Assembly: GCA_963849325.1 (NCBI GenBank)
Contig: CAWKHF010000001.1
Span: 192,001-256,000, forward strand
Origin: an uncultured Planctomycetota bacterium
GTDB taxonomy: Bacteria; Planctomycetota; Planctomycetia; Gemmatales; Gemmataceae
Length of the DNA stretch: 64,000 nucleotides
Direction of reading: 5' to 3'
The notes beneath the pieces were generated by a model. It was not told where the DNA came from and searched no databases. It worked only from the letters and a program-made list of their open reading frames with translations. Position 1 is the first letter of the stretch. The number at the start of each line of letters is the position of its first letter. The position numbers and the translations under genes are program-made. Below, piece by piece: positions 34,570-44,962 of the stretch.

Positions 34570-34865
34570 GGCAGTTTCTCCTCCACGGTTGGAAGCGAGG
34601 CGAACGCCCGTGGTAATTCACCCAGCACTTCCACGGGTATGGGCATTCCAGGACAGAGCTTGGCCGCGCGGGTAGCCCGCGTGACGCCATCGGTTATCAT
34701 CAGGGCACCATCCGAGCCCCGATAGACCAGCACAGGCGGCATTTCCTGGATCGATCGGCCATGATGAGCGATTTGACGCTGCAACTTAGCCGGATCGGCA
34801 CCGTCAAGCCGGCTGGCCGGCAGATGAAGCGTGCGTGGATCGACAGCGAGGAATTCCCGGGCCAT
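34566..34865 (-). CDS. Minimal ParB/Srx-like domain protein
   Basis: 'PPVLVY...LMITDGVTRATRA...IPVEV' resembles the ParB/Srx DG-x-x-R motif; SD ggag upstream. Confidence 0.6.
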   Translation of the reverse strand: MAREFLAVDPRTLHLPASRLDGADPAKLQRQIAHHGRSIQEMPPVLVYRGSDGALMITDGVTRATRAAKLCPGMPIPVEVLGELPRAFASLPTVEEKLP

Positions 34866-34927
34866 CGTGCTCCCTATTATCTACCCAGGGCCGCGATGTC
34901 GGCCAAATCCTGTTAGCTCCGATGTCT

Positions 34928-37451
34928 CTACTCCCGGGTGATGAACTCGTCGAGGTTCAGCAGGACGCGGGCCATGCTGGTCCAGGCATCGAGCGGTTCC
35001 TTCTCGCCTTGCCGCGTGAGAAGTCGCCCCAGTGCTTGTCGCTCGCGCGTGCTTGGCTGACGGCCAAGGCACAGACGGAAGGCAAAGGCGATTCGTTCGT
35101 CATTATCGCCCTTGCACTCGCGGAGGACGCGCGCCGCCAGCGCCTGGGCGAACTCGAAAAAGCCTTGATCGTTGAGCAAGGTCAGGGCTTGCAGCGGCGT
35201 GTTGGAGCGATTGCGGCGCGTGCAGGTGGACAGCGCCTCGGGCGCGTCGAAGACGGTGAGGTCCGGGTGCGGCGCCGAGCGCCAGAACCAGGTGTACAGA
35301 CCGCGACGATAGCGCTCGGGGCCCGTCGTTGGCCTTCCAATCGCGCGGCACCTGCGTGAAGGCGTACACGCCCTTGGGCTGCGGCGGAAACACACTGGGG
35401 CCGCCGAACGTGCGCGTCAGCAGACCGCTCGACGCCAAGGCCACGTCGCGCACCACCTCGGCGTCGAGACGCAGCCGATTTTGCCGGGCCAAGAGCCGAT
35501 TGCGCGCGTCGAGCGTCGCCAGTTCCGGCCGATGCCGCGACGATTGCCGATACGTCGCCGAGGTGGCGATCAGCCGGTGCATCGCTTTCAGGCTCCACCC
35601 CCTCACCCTGCCCTCTCCCCCTGGAGGGGGAGAGGGTTGGGGTGAGGGGGCCATGAACTCCGCGGCCAGCCAGTCGAGCAACTCGGGGTGCGAGGGCGGC
35701 GTGCCCTGCGTGCCGAAGTCGTTCTCCGTCTCGACCAGGCCGGTGCCGAAATACTGCTGCCACAAGCGATTCACCGTCACGCGCGGCGTCAGTGGGTTGC
35801 CGCGATCCACCAGCCAGCGGGCCAGGTCGAGGCGAGTGGGCCGGACCTTCTTCGGCAGCGGCGGCAGCACGCGCGGCACGTCCGGCGTCACTACCGCCCC
35901 TTTCCGCAGAAAATCGCCGCCCAGGTGAATGGAGGTGACGCGCGGCGCCGGCCGCTCCCGAAGAACGAGCGTCGTGGGAATGACCGGCATCTCTTTGCGG
36001 AGTTCGGCGATCTGTTTTTCCAGCGCCCGCCGCGCCGTCATGGCCTGGACGTGGGCGGCGGCCAGGTAGTTGAGGGGTTGGCCCAGACCGCCGACAACGT
36101 GGCGCACCTGCTCGGCGTTGCGGTACGCCGAGACGACGACCTGCTGCTGCCGAAAGCTGCGGCCGTTGGGGGCGATGGCCAAGATGGTCTGCACCTTCGC
36201 CGGCAGCATCGCCCGCGCCTCCGCCGTCAGGCTGCCCTCCCAGGCCGTCACATGCGCCTCGGTGGCTGTGTCGAGCGTTTTCAGCTGCTTCTCCAGGGCG
36301 GCAATGCGGGCGCCGACCTCGCGGCGCTGGCGGAGTTGCTCCGGCGCGGGCAGCTCCAGCGTCGGCTCGTCGCAGCTGTTGAAGAAGGCGAACAGCTGGT
36401 AATACTCGCGCTGCGCCAGCGGATCGAACTTGTGATCGTGACACTGGCAGCAGCCGACCGTCAGACCGAGGAAGACGGTGCCGGTCGTGTTGGTGCGATC
36501 GACGATCGACTCGACGCGGAACTGTTCGCGGTCGATGCCACCCTCCTCGTTGATCTGCGTGTTGCGATGGAAGCCGGTGGCGATGCGCTGCTCCAACGTG
36601 GCGCCGGGCAGCAGGTCGCCGGCCAATTGCTCGACGACGAACTGGTCGAAGGGCATGTCGCGGTTGAAGGCCGACAACACCCAGTCGCGGTACTTCCAGA
36701 TGGAGCGCGGCGCATCGATGCTGTAGCCGTTGGAGTCGGCGTAGCGAGCCAGGTCGAGCCAGTGGCGTCCCCAACGTTCGCCGTAGTGCGGACTGGCCAG
36801 CAGACGCTCGACGACACGCTCGTAAGCGTCGGGCCGCGTGTCGGCCAGGAAGTCATCGATCTCCTTGGGAGAGGGAGGCAGACCGATGAAGTCGAGCGAG
36901 ACGCGGCGCAGCAACGTGGCGCGATCCGCCTCCGGCGCTGGGGCGACGCCCTCTTTTTCCAGTCGGGCGAGGATGAAATGATCGATGGGATTGCGGCACC
37001 ACGAGGAATTCTTTACGGGCGGCTCCGCCGGCCGGCGGATGGGTTGAAACGACCAGTGCTGGCTCGCCGTCTTGGCCGACGACACGACGGCATCGCCGGC
37101 GGGGATGGCGGCGCCGCCGTCGATCCAGGTCCGCAGCAGGGCGACCTCGCGGGCGCTGAGGCGCGGTCCCTTGGGTGGCATGGCCGGCACGTCGGCGGCG
37201 CCGGTGACGGCCTGGAGGAGCCGGCTTTCGCCGCTCTTGCCCGGCACGACCGCCGGCCCGGAATTGCCGCCGGCACGGACGCCGCCCGCGCTATCCAGGC
37301 GCAGGCTGGAACGCTGTTTCTTGGCACCGTGGCAGACGGTACAGTGTTTCGTCAGGATCGGCTGGACGTCGCGGACGTAATCAGCCGGCACGGCGGCCAG
37401 GACGGAGGCGGGCCAAAGGACGGCCAGGCACAGACTCAGGAAGGACTTCAT
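34928..37451 (-). CDS. Planctomycete cytochrome c / DUF1549 / DUF1553 protein (frameshift near 3' end)
   Basis: 'CTVCHG', '[18 protein letters not shown]', '[11 protein letters not shown]', '[11 protein letters not shown]', '[11 protein letters not shown]'. Confidence 0.92.
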
Positions 37452-37620
37452 GCGTTCGCTCGATGACGGACGGCGGGATGCGGGCGAAGGGAGGAGAGCA
37501 CTCCTCCCGAGGTCGTGGGGCTGTCTCTACCACCATACCGCAATCCGGCAGCGGAACAAGCGAAAAACTCGACCCTTGGGTCTTCGGGCCTTGCGCCCCT
37601 CGTACTCAAACCAGCGAGCC

Positions 37621-37679
37621 TGTCCGAGCCTGAAGCGTAAGCGAAGGAAATTCCTTCGCTTACGCTTCAGGCTCGGATA
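37621..37679. repeat. REP-like palindrome, family C, containing the hypB stop codon
   Basis: tccgagcctgaagcgtaagcgaagg ... ccttcgcttacgcttcaggctcgga. Confidence 0.85.
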
Positions 37680-38355
37680 GATGGCCCCTGACTCTTGCGC
37701 ATCGCCGGGAACAGAGGAAGTCCAGCCATGCCTCCATCCCCTGCCCGGATTTCGCCGACACCTCCAAGGTCTCCATGCCCGGCCGCACCGCCTGGATGCT
37801 GCGGTGGGCGGCGACGGCGTCGAACTCCACGGCCGCGGTCAGGTCGGTCTTGGTGAGGATGGCCACGTCCGCCGTGTTGAAGATGGTCGGATACTTGAGA
37901 GGTTTATCCTCTCCTTCCGTCACCGAGAAGAGCACCACGCGGAGGTCTTCGCCCAGGTCGAAGGTGGAAGGACAGACCAGGTTGCCCACGTTCTCGATGA
38001 ACAAAAAGTCCAGCTCCTCCAGTCGCCAGCCCTCCAGGGCCGCCGCGACCATGTCCGCTTCCAGGTGACAGACGGTCCCGGTGGTGATCTGCTTGACCGG
38101 GACATCGGCACGGGCCAGGCGACGGGCGTCGTTATCCGTCGCCAGGTCGCCGACGAGGGCGGCGACGCGGTAGCGGTCGCGGAGTCGGCCGAGCATCTTC
38201 TCCAGGAACGCCGTCTTGCCGGCGCCGGGACTGGAGACGAGGCTGACGACGTAGACGCCGGCTTCGTGGAAACGCGCCCGCAGGACGCGCGCGGCGGCGT
38301 CGTTGTGCTTCAGGATGTGCTGCCGGACCTCGACGAGGCGCGGGTTCGTGCTCAT
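37660..38355 (-). CDS. hypB: Hydrogenase nickel incorporation GTPase
   Basis: 'SSPGAGKT', 'CHLEA', 'ENVGNLVCP', 'EGEDKPLKYP'. Confidence 0.95.
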   Translation of the reverse strand: MSTNPRLVEVRQHILKHNDAAARVLRARFHEAGVYVVSLVSSPGAGKTAFLEKMLGRLRDRYRVAALVGDLATDNDARRLARADVPVKQITTGTVCHLEADMVAAALEGWRLEELDFLFIENVGNLVCPSTFDLGEDLRVVLFSVTEGEDKPLKYPTIFNTADVAILTKTDLTAAVEFDAVAAHRSIQAVRPGMETLEVSAKSGQGMEAWLDFLCSRRCARVRGHLSEPEA

Positions 38356-38696
38356 GATTCGATCTCGAGGGCGCGGACTTCCAGCTCCCGGCCGCTGATG
38401 ACCTCGTTGGTCGGAGTGCCGCAAGCGGGACAGCACAAGAACAACAGCGACGCCGGCGTTCGATCGGCGTCACAAGCGGGGCAGTGGACGACGAGCGGGA
38501 CCTCTTCGATGACCAACTCCGCCCGCGCCAGCGATGTGTCTTCGCGGGCCAACTCGTAAGCCGAGCGCAGTGCTTCCGGGACCACGCCGGAAAGGCGGCC
38601 GAGCTTCAGGTGGACGGCGGCGACACGGCCGCCGTGCCGCCGGCCCTCCTCTTCGGCGAGGTCCAGAATACTCAGGGCGATGGAAAGCTCGTGCAT
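38352..38696 (-). CDS. hypA: Hydrogenase nickel metallochaperone
   Basis: 'MHELSIA', CPAC...CPAC, 'GRELEV'. Confidence 0.95.
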   Translation of the reverse strand: MHELSIALSILDLAEEEGRRHGGRVAAVHLKLGRLSGVVPEALRSAYELAREDTSLARAELVIEEVPLVVHCPACDADRTPASLLFLCCPACGTPTNEVISGRELEVRALEIES

Positions 38697-38703
38697 GGCC
38701 TCG

Positions 38704-38910
38704 TCACATTCTTTCCATCTTCAGGTAGCGCACGAGGTCCGGGCCGAAATGCCACGCCATCCAGGCGCCCACTCCGACCCCGATCAACCCGGCGAGCAGC
38801 CAGCCCGTGGATGCGCCGCCGGAGCCGCCTCGTCCCAACAGATGGCGACTCTTCCCCTCTTCACCCGAGGAATAGACACGTTCCGGATACTCGGACGCTT
38901 GCCTTGACAT
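38704..38910 (-). CDS. Small membrane-anchored hydrogenase-cluster protein
   Basis: One TM segment followed by 'PDLVRYLKMERM'. Confidence 0.6.
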   Translation of the reverse strand: MSRQASEYPERVYSSGEEGKSRHLLGRGGSGGASTGWLLAGLIGVGVGAWMAWHFGPDLVRYLKMERM

Positions 38911-38942
38911 GGTGGAACCTCCCTCTCAGGAATGATAGGGTC

Positions 38943-39459
38943 TCACGTTGCCTCAAGGGTCTCGCCCCGCAGGAGCCGCGCCAGAAGCGACTCGATGAGA
39001 TGAATCGCTTCCTCCACGGCAGTCCGAACCGGGGCACTCAAACCCATCTGCATATCTTCATAATCGCCATCCGGCGCGGGTTCGCAGCCGACCACCACGA
39101 GACGGTCCATCGTGCCGCCCATCGCCTCGGCCAGCCGCAGCACCTTCACGGGATCCATGCCGTGCCCATCGATCGTCGCGCCGGCGACCGCACCTTCGGC
39201 CGTCTCGCCTCGCTCCGGTTCGAGGACGTAGAGGGTGCCGGGCGGCCCGTCGCGCTGCATCGTGTCCACCAGGATGACCGCCTCGTAATCCTCCAGCAGA
39301 GCGTACGTCAGGTCCAACCCCCGGATGCCGAAATCGACGACCCGTACCTCTTCCGGCAGCGGGCGTCGGGCCAGGCGCTGGGTGACCTCGACACCGAAGG
39401 CGTCGTCGCCCAGGAAAATGTTGCCGACGCCGGCGATGAAGAATGCGCGGCCGAATCAT
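38943..39459 (-). CDS. Hydrogenase maturation protease (frameshifted)
   Basis: 'GVGNIFLGDDAFG' read across frames, 'VILVD', 'HGMDP', 'VGCEP'. Confidence 0.85.
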
Positions 39460-39761
39460 GCTCCTTCCTCCTCCACAGGCTCCACTTCCTCTGGCTGGAA
39501 GAAGAAGCGATGTCCGGGTTGACGCAGGGTGCCGAGGTCCTTGCCGGGATCCTCATCGACCGTGACCGCCAGGTAGACGCGGCCCTCGAAATCCTGTTCG
39601 ATCGATTCGACGGTCGCGGTCATCCCCGCCAGGGCCAGGTCGAAGATGTCGGCCCGGCCGCGCGGCCGAAGGCGGACACGGCCGCCCTGCCGGAGTTCGC
39701 AGGGGCCGAGGTGGATGCATTCCAGGATGCGCCGGTCGGATTCGGGTTCCCAGCTATCCAT
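39456..39761 (-). CDS. Hypothetical hydrogenase-cluster protein
   Basis: 'ADIFDLALAG...GHRFFFQPEEVEP'; overlaps both neighbours. Confidence 0.7.
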   Translation of the reverse strand: MDSWEPESDRRILECIHLGPCELRQGGRVRLRPRGRADIFDLALAGMTATVESIEQDFEGRVYLAVTVDEDPGKDLGTLRQPGHRFFFQPEEVEPVEEEGA

Positions 39762-40832
39762 TCGCGCCCTCCTCCGGCACCGGCCGCAAATCGCGGATCG
39801 TGCCGTGAAGACTACCCAACTGCTCCCGTGCGAACGATTCGGTTCGCGCCAACAGCTCGCGCGCCCGCTCGTCCACCGCGGCCATGTCGCGCTTCTCCTC
39901 GTCGGTCAGCGTCAGGATGCGCAGCGTCAACATTTCGTCCATCTCGGTGCCGTCGAAGAAGTTGCCCGGACTCTCCGGGGCCACTTGAGGATAATCGTAG
40001 AGGATGATCGGCGAGGAGAGAATCGTATCGGTCTGTCCCTCCATACCGACGAGGACCGGCCAGGTGCCGACGTTGCGGCAGGCGGCGGCGGCCTCGCGCC
40101 AGCACTCGGGCGGGTCGAGAAGCGAGACGAACTGCGCCCCCCCGGACGCCGAGGATCGTGTGCGCCGAGACCAGGGAGCGCAGCAAGGCATCGTCGCGGC
40201 TGCCGACTTCCGCGAGCGGCGTGCGATTTTCGACCCGGATCGTGAGGCGGTACAGCTCGTTCGCGATCGCGGTTGCCTCCACGGAGACAACTCCCTCAAC
40301 GCCCTGCTGCTCGCGGACCAGGATGCCGGCGATTTCGCCGGTCGTCCCGCGCACCGCCTCCGACCGCTGGCCGCCGGCGAACGCGAACGGCACACCGCAA
40401 GGATGGGCCAGCAGTTCGCCCAGCGTCCTTTCGCCGAGGGAGACGTTCGCGCTCTTCCGCCTCCTGCCAGGAGTGAAAGACCTGCTCGCCGATGCGCAGC
40501 GCCTCGACGAAAAAGGTGTCCGGAACCTTTTCCGTCGCCTGAACCGCATCGAAAAGGTTCCGGACACCTTTTTCCACCGCGCCGACGCGGCGGGCCGTCA
40601 GGTGCAGGAAACGAATGACTACCTCGATGACCGTGGCCGACGTTCCGCGGACCAGGCATTCCGTCTGATTGCTCGAAGCATCGCCGTTCTCTTGCGCCCG
40701 GCAGTAGGCCTCCGGATACAAGCCGCCGAAGGTCCAACGCTGCCGATTTTTGATCGATGGACGATAGGGATAGAGGATATACCCCTCATAGAGAACGGCG
40801 TCGGCGATGCGGTCCACGAGTACCCGGTTCAT
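39754..40832 (-). CDS. Hypothetical hydrogenase-cluster protein (frameshifted)
   Basis: 'IADAVLYEGYILYPY...KNRQRWTFG'; 'SPIILYDYPQVAPESPGNFFDGTEMDEMLTLR'. Confidence 0.75.
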
Positions 40833-41488
40833 GGTTTCACCGTCTCCTCCGCCGCGTTGAGCAGTTGCTCCAGCGTCCGTTCCCAGGTCGGCAGCCCCTG
40901 ACGACTCTTGTACTGCTGGAGCAGGTCGAACACGTCCTTGCGCAAGCAGAGCCAGGCACTATTGGGATAGAACTGATCCATGAGCTCCCGCCACGTCGCG
41001 GCCGGCAGGCGGAAGGACGCCTCCTTCTCCCAGGAGATTTGAGCCACCTGCAAGGCCGCCTCGTCGGTTCGATAGAAAATGGTCCCGCTGAAGAGGAAGC
41101 ACAACGGAATGTCTCCGTCCTCCAAAGCGGCAAAATACTTGGTCGCCGCCAAGCTGAAGTCGAAGCTGCACGGCACCGGCAGGTCCACGCTGCCGGTGCC
41201 GGTGAACGGCGGCACGATGGCGCCGACGTGCGTCCACAACATCGGATGCAAGGTCTGGCCCCAGCGCTCCGGGGTGCCGAACAGGTCGAGGAGCCGTTCC
41301 TGCTCCAGGGCGCCATAGCGTCGCCGCCCCGGCTCGATCCGCACCTGACAGCGGAGGACGATGGTATGAATGGGCGTCGGCGGTGCCGCGGTCGGCACTT
41401 CCTGAATGCGCAGAGGGAACAGCAGCAGCGGCGCCGCCGCCAGGGGCTGCGGCTTCACTCCCTCCACCTGGAAATTCAGCTCAGGCAT
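40829..41488 (-). CDS. Hydrogenase-cluster protein (DUF6084-like)
   Basis: 'LRCQVRIEP', 'LFGTPERWG', 'FLFSGTIFY'. Confidence 0.7.
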   Translation of the reverse strand: MPELNFQVEGVKPQPLAAAPLLLFPLRIQEVPTAAPPTPIHTIVLRCQVRIEPGRRRYGALEQERLLDLFGTPERWGQTLHPMLWTHVGAIVPPFTGTGSVDLPVPCSFDFSLAATKYFAALEDGDIPLCFLFSGTIFYRTDEAALQVAQISWEKEASFRLPAATWRELMDQFYPNSAWLCLRKDVFDLLQQYKSRQGLPTWERTLEQLLNAAEETVKP

Positions 41489-42128
41489 GGGCCGTGCCTC
41501 CCACGGGATGCGATCGCTCTTTCAAGGCCGCGAAGAAACCTCCAATCTCCTTCCACACGGCCGTTCCGCCCGACAGGCTCCGCCAATGACTGCGGACCAG
41601 ACCGACCAGCTTGTAGCATTCGTCGATGCCCACCCGGTAGTACTCCTGTGTGGCTCCGAGGCGGTTCACCAGCAGCGCTTCCACGTCCGACTCCAGGCCG
41701 CGCAGAATGGGGTTGTCCTCCACCACCAACTGCCAGGCATCGAGCGGCACGCGCGATTCGGTGATGCCCGCCGGGCTGGGATACAGGGCGATGACGCACT
41801 CCGCCGCCGTGCTGGGCAGAAAAAAGGCCAGGTTGATCGGTACACCCAGACCTTGCCATGCCACGTCCGAGAGGCGAAAGTCCGTCAGAAGCTGGACACG
41901 CCGAGACACGCGCCGATATTTCCCGGTGCCCGGCGTGTCGAACAGGATGGCGCAAGCGTCGCAGGCGCAGACGAGTCGCCGGCTGGACAGCTCGACCAGG
42001 TGGGCATGGTCGGTTGCCAGCTCGGCGTTGCACAGCTCACACCGCTCCGCGACGGTGCGCGGCCGCACGAATCGGCGGAGCGAACTCAGGGCGGTTCGCG
42101 GCGACCCGCCCTTTGGATTCGCGGACAT
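41481..42128 (-). CDS. Hydrogenase-cluster protein (DUF5947-like) with Cys motifs
   Basis: 'CELC...H.H...CACDAC', 'YPSPAG.TES', 'DVEALLV', 'WRSLSGG'. Confidence 0.75.
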   Translation of the reverse strand: MSANPKGGSPRTALSSLRRFVRPRTVAERCELCNAELATDHAHLVELSSRRLVCACDACAILFDTPGTGKYRRVSRRVQLLTDFRLSDVAWQGLGVPINLAFFLPSTAAECVIALYPSPAGITESRVPLDAWQLVVEDNPILRGLESDVEALLVNRLGATQEYYRVGIDECYKLVGLVRSHWRSLSGGTAVWKEIGGFFAALKERSHPVGGTAHA

Positions 42129-42169
42129 GGATCATCCCTTTCATCGATCTCGATGGCTCGCTCCTCCCC

Positions 42170-42367
42170 TCAAGCGGGCGGCAAGTGCGGCATGCGCGGG
42201 TCGATCGGATCGTGCTTCGAGGGGCTGATGCTCGTGGCATCGCGGGCGGTGCGCTCGAAGCGCGGATCGTCTCGGCCCGGCTCGCGGCCATGCCGTTCGA
42301 CGTATTCCTCTCCCTTGGGCGTGCCCGGCGTGTGCGCGGGCAGGTCGGGTCTTGGTCCCTTGGCCAT
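42170..42367 (-). CDS. Small Pro-rich hypothetical protein
   Basis: 65-aa ORF with SD ggagga, ending 'PIDPRMPHLPPA'. Confidence 0.6.
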   Translation of the reverse strand: MAKGPRPDLPAHTPGTPKGEEYVERHGREPGRDDPRFERTARDATSISPSKHDPIDPRMPHLPPA

Positions 42368-42401
42368 GTTCGGTCCTCCCTTTCGTTACTTCGGTCCCGG
42401 T

Positions 42402-42957
42402 TCACACCATCGGCAGGGCGACCCGCGCCCGGCCGTTGTCCGACATCAACGCTTCCTCGGCCGTTCCCTCCACTTCCACCGCCGTCACCTCGGGAGCCTT
42501 GCCGTAGATGGCCTCCTCAATGGTCTGCTGCATCGTCACGGCCGACGACGGACAGCTATGACAACTGCCGTGCAGCCGCAACCGCACGATGCCATCCTCG
42601 ACGCCGAGCAGCTCGACGTTGCCGCCGTGCGAATGGAGATATGGTCGAACCGCCTCCAGGGCTTGATGAACGCGCGCTTCCACGTCGAGCGGATGCAGTC
42701 CGTGGAGCAGGAGCAGACCTCCTACCAGGTCATCCCGCGCAGGCGTCGAGGACCGTGCGGCCGGTCTCGCCGGTCGCCGTGACGTGTTCGAGCAGCCGTT
42801 CCAGCCCGGCCCCGTGCAGGTCGAGGAGGACTTGCACGATCTCCCGAATGCGTGTTTGCGCCGACGGATCGGTGCCGCGCTCCGCCTCGCGCAACAGAAC
42901 GTCGAGGCGCTCCAGCCGAGCCTGAAATTCGCGCGCGTCAAGCGTACCAGTCATCAT
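42402..42957 (-). CDS. NifU/NfuA-like Fe-S scaffold protein (frameshifted)
   Basis: 'LLLLHGLHP', 'VRPYLHSHGGNVEL', 'GSCHSCPSS'. Confidence 0.85.
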
Positions 42958-42984
42958 CCTTCCCCATCACCAAAATCGCGTTTT

Positions 42985-43053
42985 CCGTTTAGCCGCGACG
43001 CGCAGCGGAGCGCGGGACGGCCGCGCGCTCCGCTGCGCGTCGCGGCTAAACGG
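42985..43053. repeat. REP-like palindrome, family A
   Basis: Same arms as 26319..26400. Confidence 0.85.
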
Positions 43054-43060
43054 GACACTC

Positions 43061-44860
43061 CTACACGTGGGCGCCGAACATCGGCGCATGCCGCACGTCG
43101 AGCAGCTTGCCGTTGCCCAGGTACATGTGGACCCCGCAGGGCAGACACGGATCGAAGCTGCGCACCGCGCGCATGATGTCGATGCCTTTGAACTTGTCCG
43201 GCCCATTTTCCTCGAAGATGGGCGTGTTCTGCACGGCATCCTCATACGGTCCCGGCGTGCCGTAGATGTCGCGCGGACTGGCGTTCCACGGCGTCGGCGG
43301 GTAGGGGTGATAGTTGGCGATCTTGCCGTCGCGGATGACGACGTGGTGCGACAGCACGCCGCGCACCGCTTCGTGGAAGCCGCAGCCGATGGCCTCGTCC
43401 GGCACCTTGAAGTCCGTCCAGGTTCGGGCCCGGCCGGCGTGCAGCAACTTCATCCCGCGCTCGGCGAAGTGCAGGGCCGCCGCCGCCGCGTAAGCCTGGA
43501 AGTAAGTGCGGGCCCGATTGCGCTCGATGGCGTTGCTCCACTTGGGGATCTTCCATTCCAGCTCGACCTCCGGCATCAACGCCGTCTTGGGCAGATAGAT
43601 CTTGACGCTGTGGCCGGTGGCCTTGATGTAGCCGATGTCCACCAACCCCGCCAGCGCCGTGGCCCACAACCGGGCGATGGGACCGCCGCCGGTATCCAGG
43701 GCCAGGTGCTCGCCGGTCTGCGGATGCAGCCAGCGCGGCGACATCACCCAGGTATATTTGTCGTTGAAGTCTCGCTTCTGTGGCCGAGGGATGGTCCGCT
43801 GGTTCCACGGATGATGTCGATCGACCGGATTGCCGAGCGGATCGGTTTTGACGAACATCTCCTCGCCTTCCCAATCGTCGTAGAAAGACGATCCCAGAAG
43901 GATGCGAATGCCGAGGTTGATGTCCACCAGGTTGTTGGTGACGGCCTGGCCGTCCACGATGACGCCGGGCGTGACGTACATCGCCTTGCCCCACTCGTTC
44001 ATGCGCTGGTAAGTGAAGTCGCACACGTCGGGGTTGTTCCACGATCCCCAGCAGCCCAGCAGGATGCGGCGCTGACCGACCTTCTCGTAGCCGGGCAACG
44101 CCTCGTAGAAGAAGTCGAACAGGTCGTCGTGCAGCGGCACCATCTTCTTCATGAACTCCACGTACTTCATGAGCCGGACCAAATAGTCCGTGAACAACTG
44201 CTGGGTGGGGACGGTGCCGACGCCGCCGGGATACAGCGTCGAGGGATGGACGTGGCGGCCCTCCATGAGACAGAACATCTCGCGCGTCAGCCGGCTCATT
44301 TGCAGGGCCTGCAAGTATAGTTCGCCGCTGAACGGGTTCAGCGCCGTCATGATGTCGGCGACGGTGCGGTAACCGTGCAGGTTGGCGTGCGGGGCGGCGG
44401 TGCGCTGGGCCTTGTCCCAGACGGAGGGATTGGTCGCCTTGACCATCTGTTCGCAGAAGTCCACGCCGACCATGTTGTCCTGGAAAATGTTGTGGTCGAA
44501 CATGTACTCGGCCGCTTCGCCCAGGTCGATAATCATGGTGCCCATCGGCGACGGGCTGTGGATGCCGAAGGCCATGTTCAGGGCGTAGATGGCGCAGGTG
44601 GCGTGGTTGTCGCCGCAGATGCCGCAGATGCGGCTGGTAATGAACGGCGAATCGCGCGGATCCTTGCCGCGCATGAAAACGCTGTAGCCGCGGAAGATCG
44701 ACGACGTACTGAAGCACTCGGCGACTTGCCGGTTGGCGAAGTCGATCTTGGTGTAAATGCCCAGGCTGCCGACGATGCGCGTGATCGGGTCCCAGTTCAT
44801 ATCGACGAGTTGTCGACCCTCGGTGGCGGCCCGGCGCTGGGGCTTGGTCACGGTGGCCAT
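43061..44860 (-). CDS. hhyL: [NiFe]-hydrogenase large subunit, group 1h/5 type
   Basis: L1 'TSRICGICGDNHATC', L2 'VRSFDPCLPCGVH', N-terminal 'WDPITRIVGSLG'. Confidence 0.92.
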   Translation of the reverse strand: MATVTKPQRRAATEGRQLVDMNWDPITRIVGSLGIYTKIDFANRQVAECFSTSSIFRGYSVFMRGKDPRDSPFITSRICGICGDNHATCAIYALNMAFGIHSPSPMGTMIIDLGEAAEYMFDHNIFQDNMVGVDFCEQMVKATNPSVWDKAQRTAAPHANLHGYRTVADIMTALNPFSGELYLQALQMSRLTREMFCLMEGRHVHPSTLYPGGVGTVPTQQLFTDYLVRLMKYVEFMKKMVPLHDDLFDFFYEALPGYEKVGQRRILLGCWGSWNNPDVCDFTYQRMNEWGKAMYVTPGVIVDGQAVTNNLVDINLGIRILLGSSFYDDWEGEEMFVKTDPLGNPVDRHHPWNQRTIPRPQKRDFNDKYTWVMSPRWLHPQTGEHLALDTGGGPIARLWATALAGLVDIGYIKATGHSVKIYLPKTALMPEVELEWKIPKWSNAIERNRARTYFQAYAAAAALHFAERGMKLLHAGRARTWTDFKVPDEAIGCGFHEAVRGVLSHHVVIRDGKIANYHPYPPTPWNASPRDIYGTPGPYEDAVQNTPIFEENGPDKFKGIDIMRAVRSFDPCLPCGVHMYLGNGKLLDVRHAPMFGAHV

Positions 44861-44885
44861 GAATGTTCCTCCGAGCAAATTCCTC

Positions 44886-44937
44886 GTTTCGCCGCGACGC
44901 GCAGCGGAGCGCGCTCCGCTGCGCGTCGCGGCGAAAC
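44886..44937. repeat. REP-like palindrome, family A, between hhyS and hhyL
   Basis: gtttcgccgcgacgcgcagcggagcgcgctccgctgcgcgtcgcggcgaaac. Confidence 0.88.
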
Positions 44938-44962
44938 CAGCAACGAGTTGTTGGACGGACCT

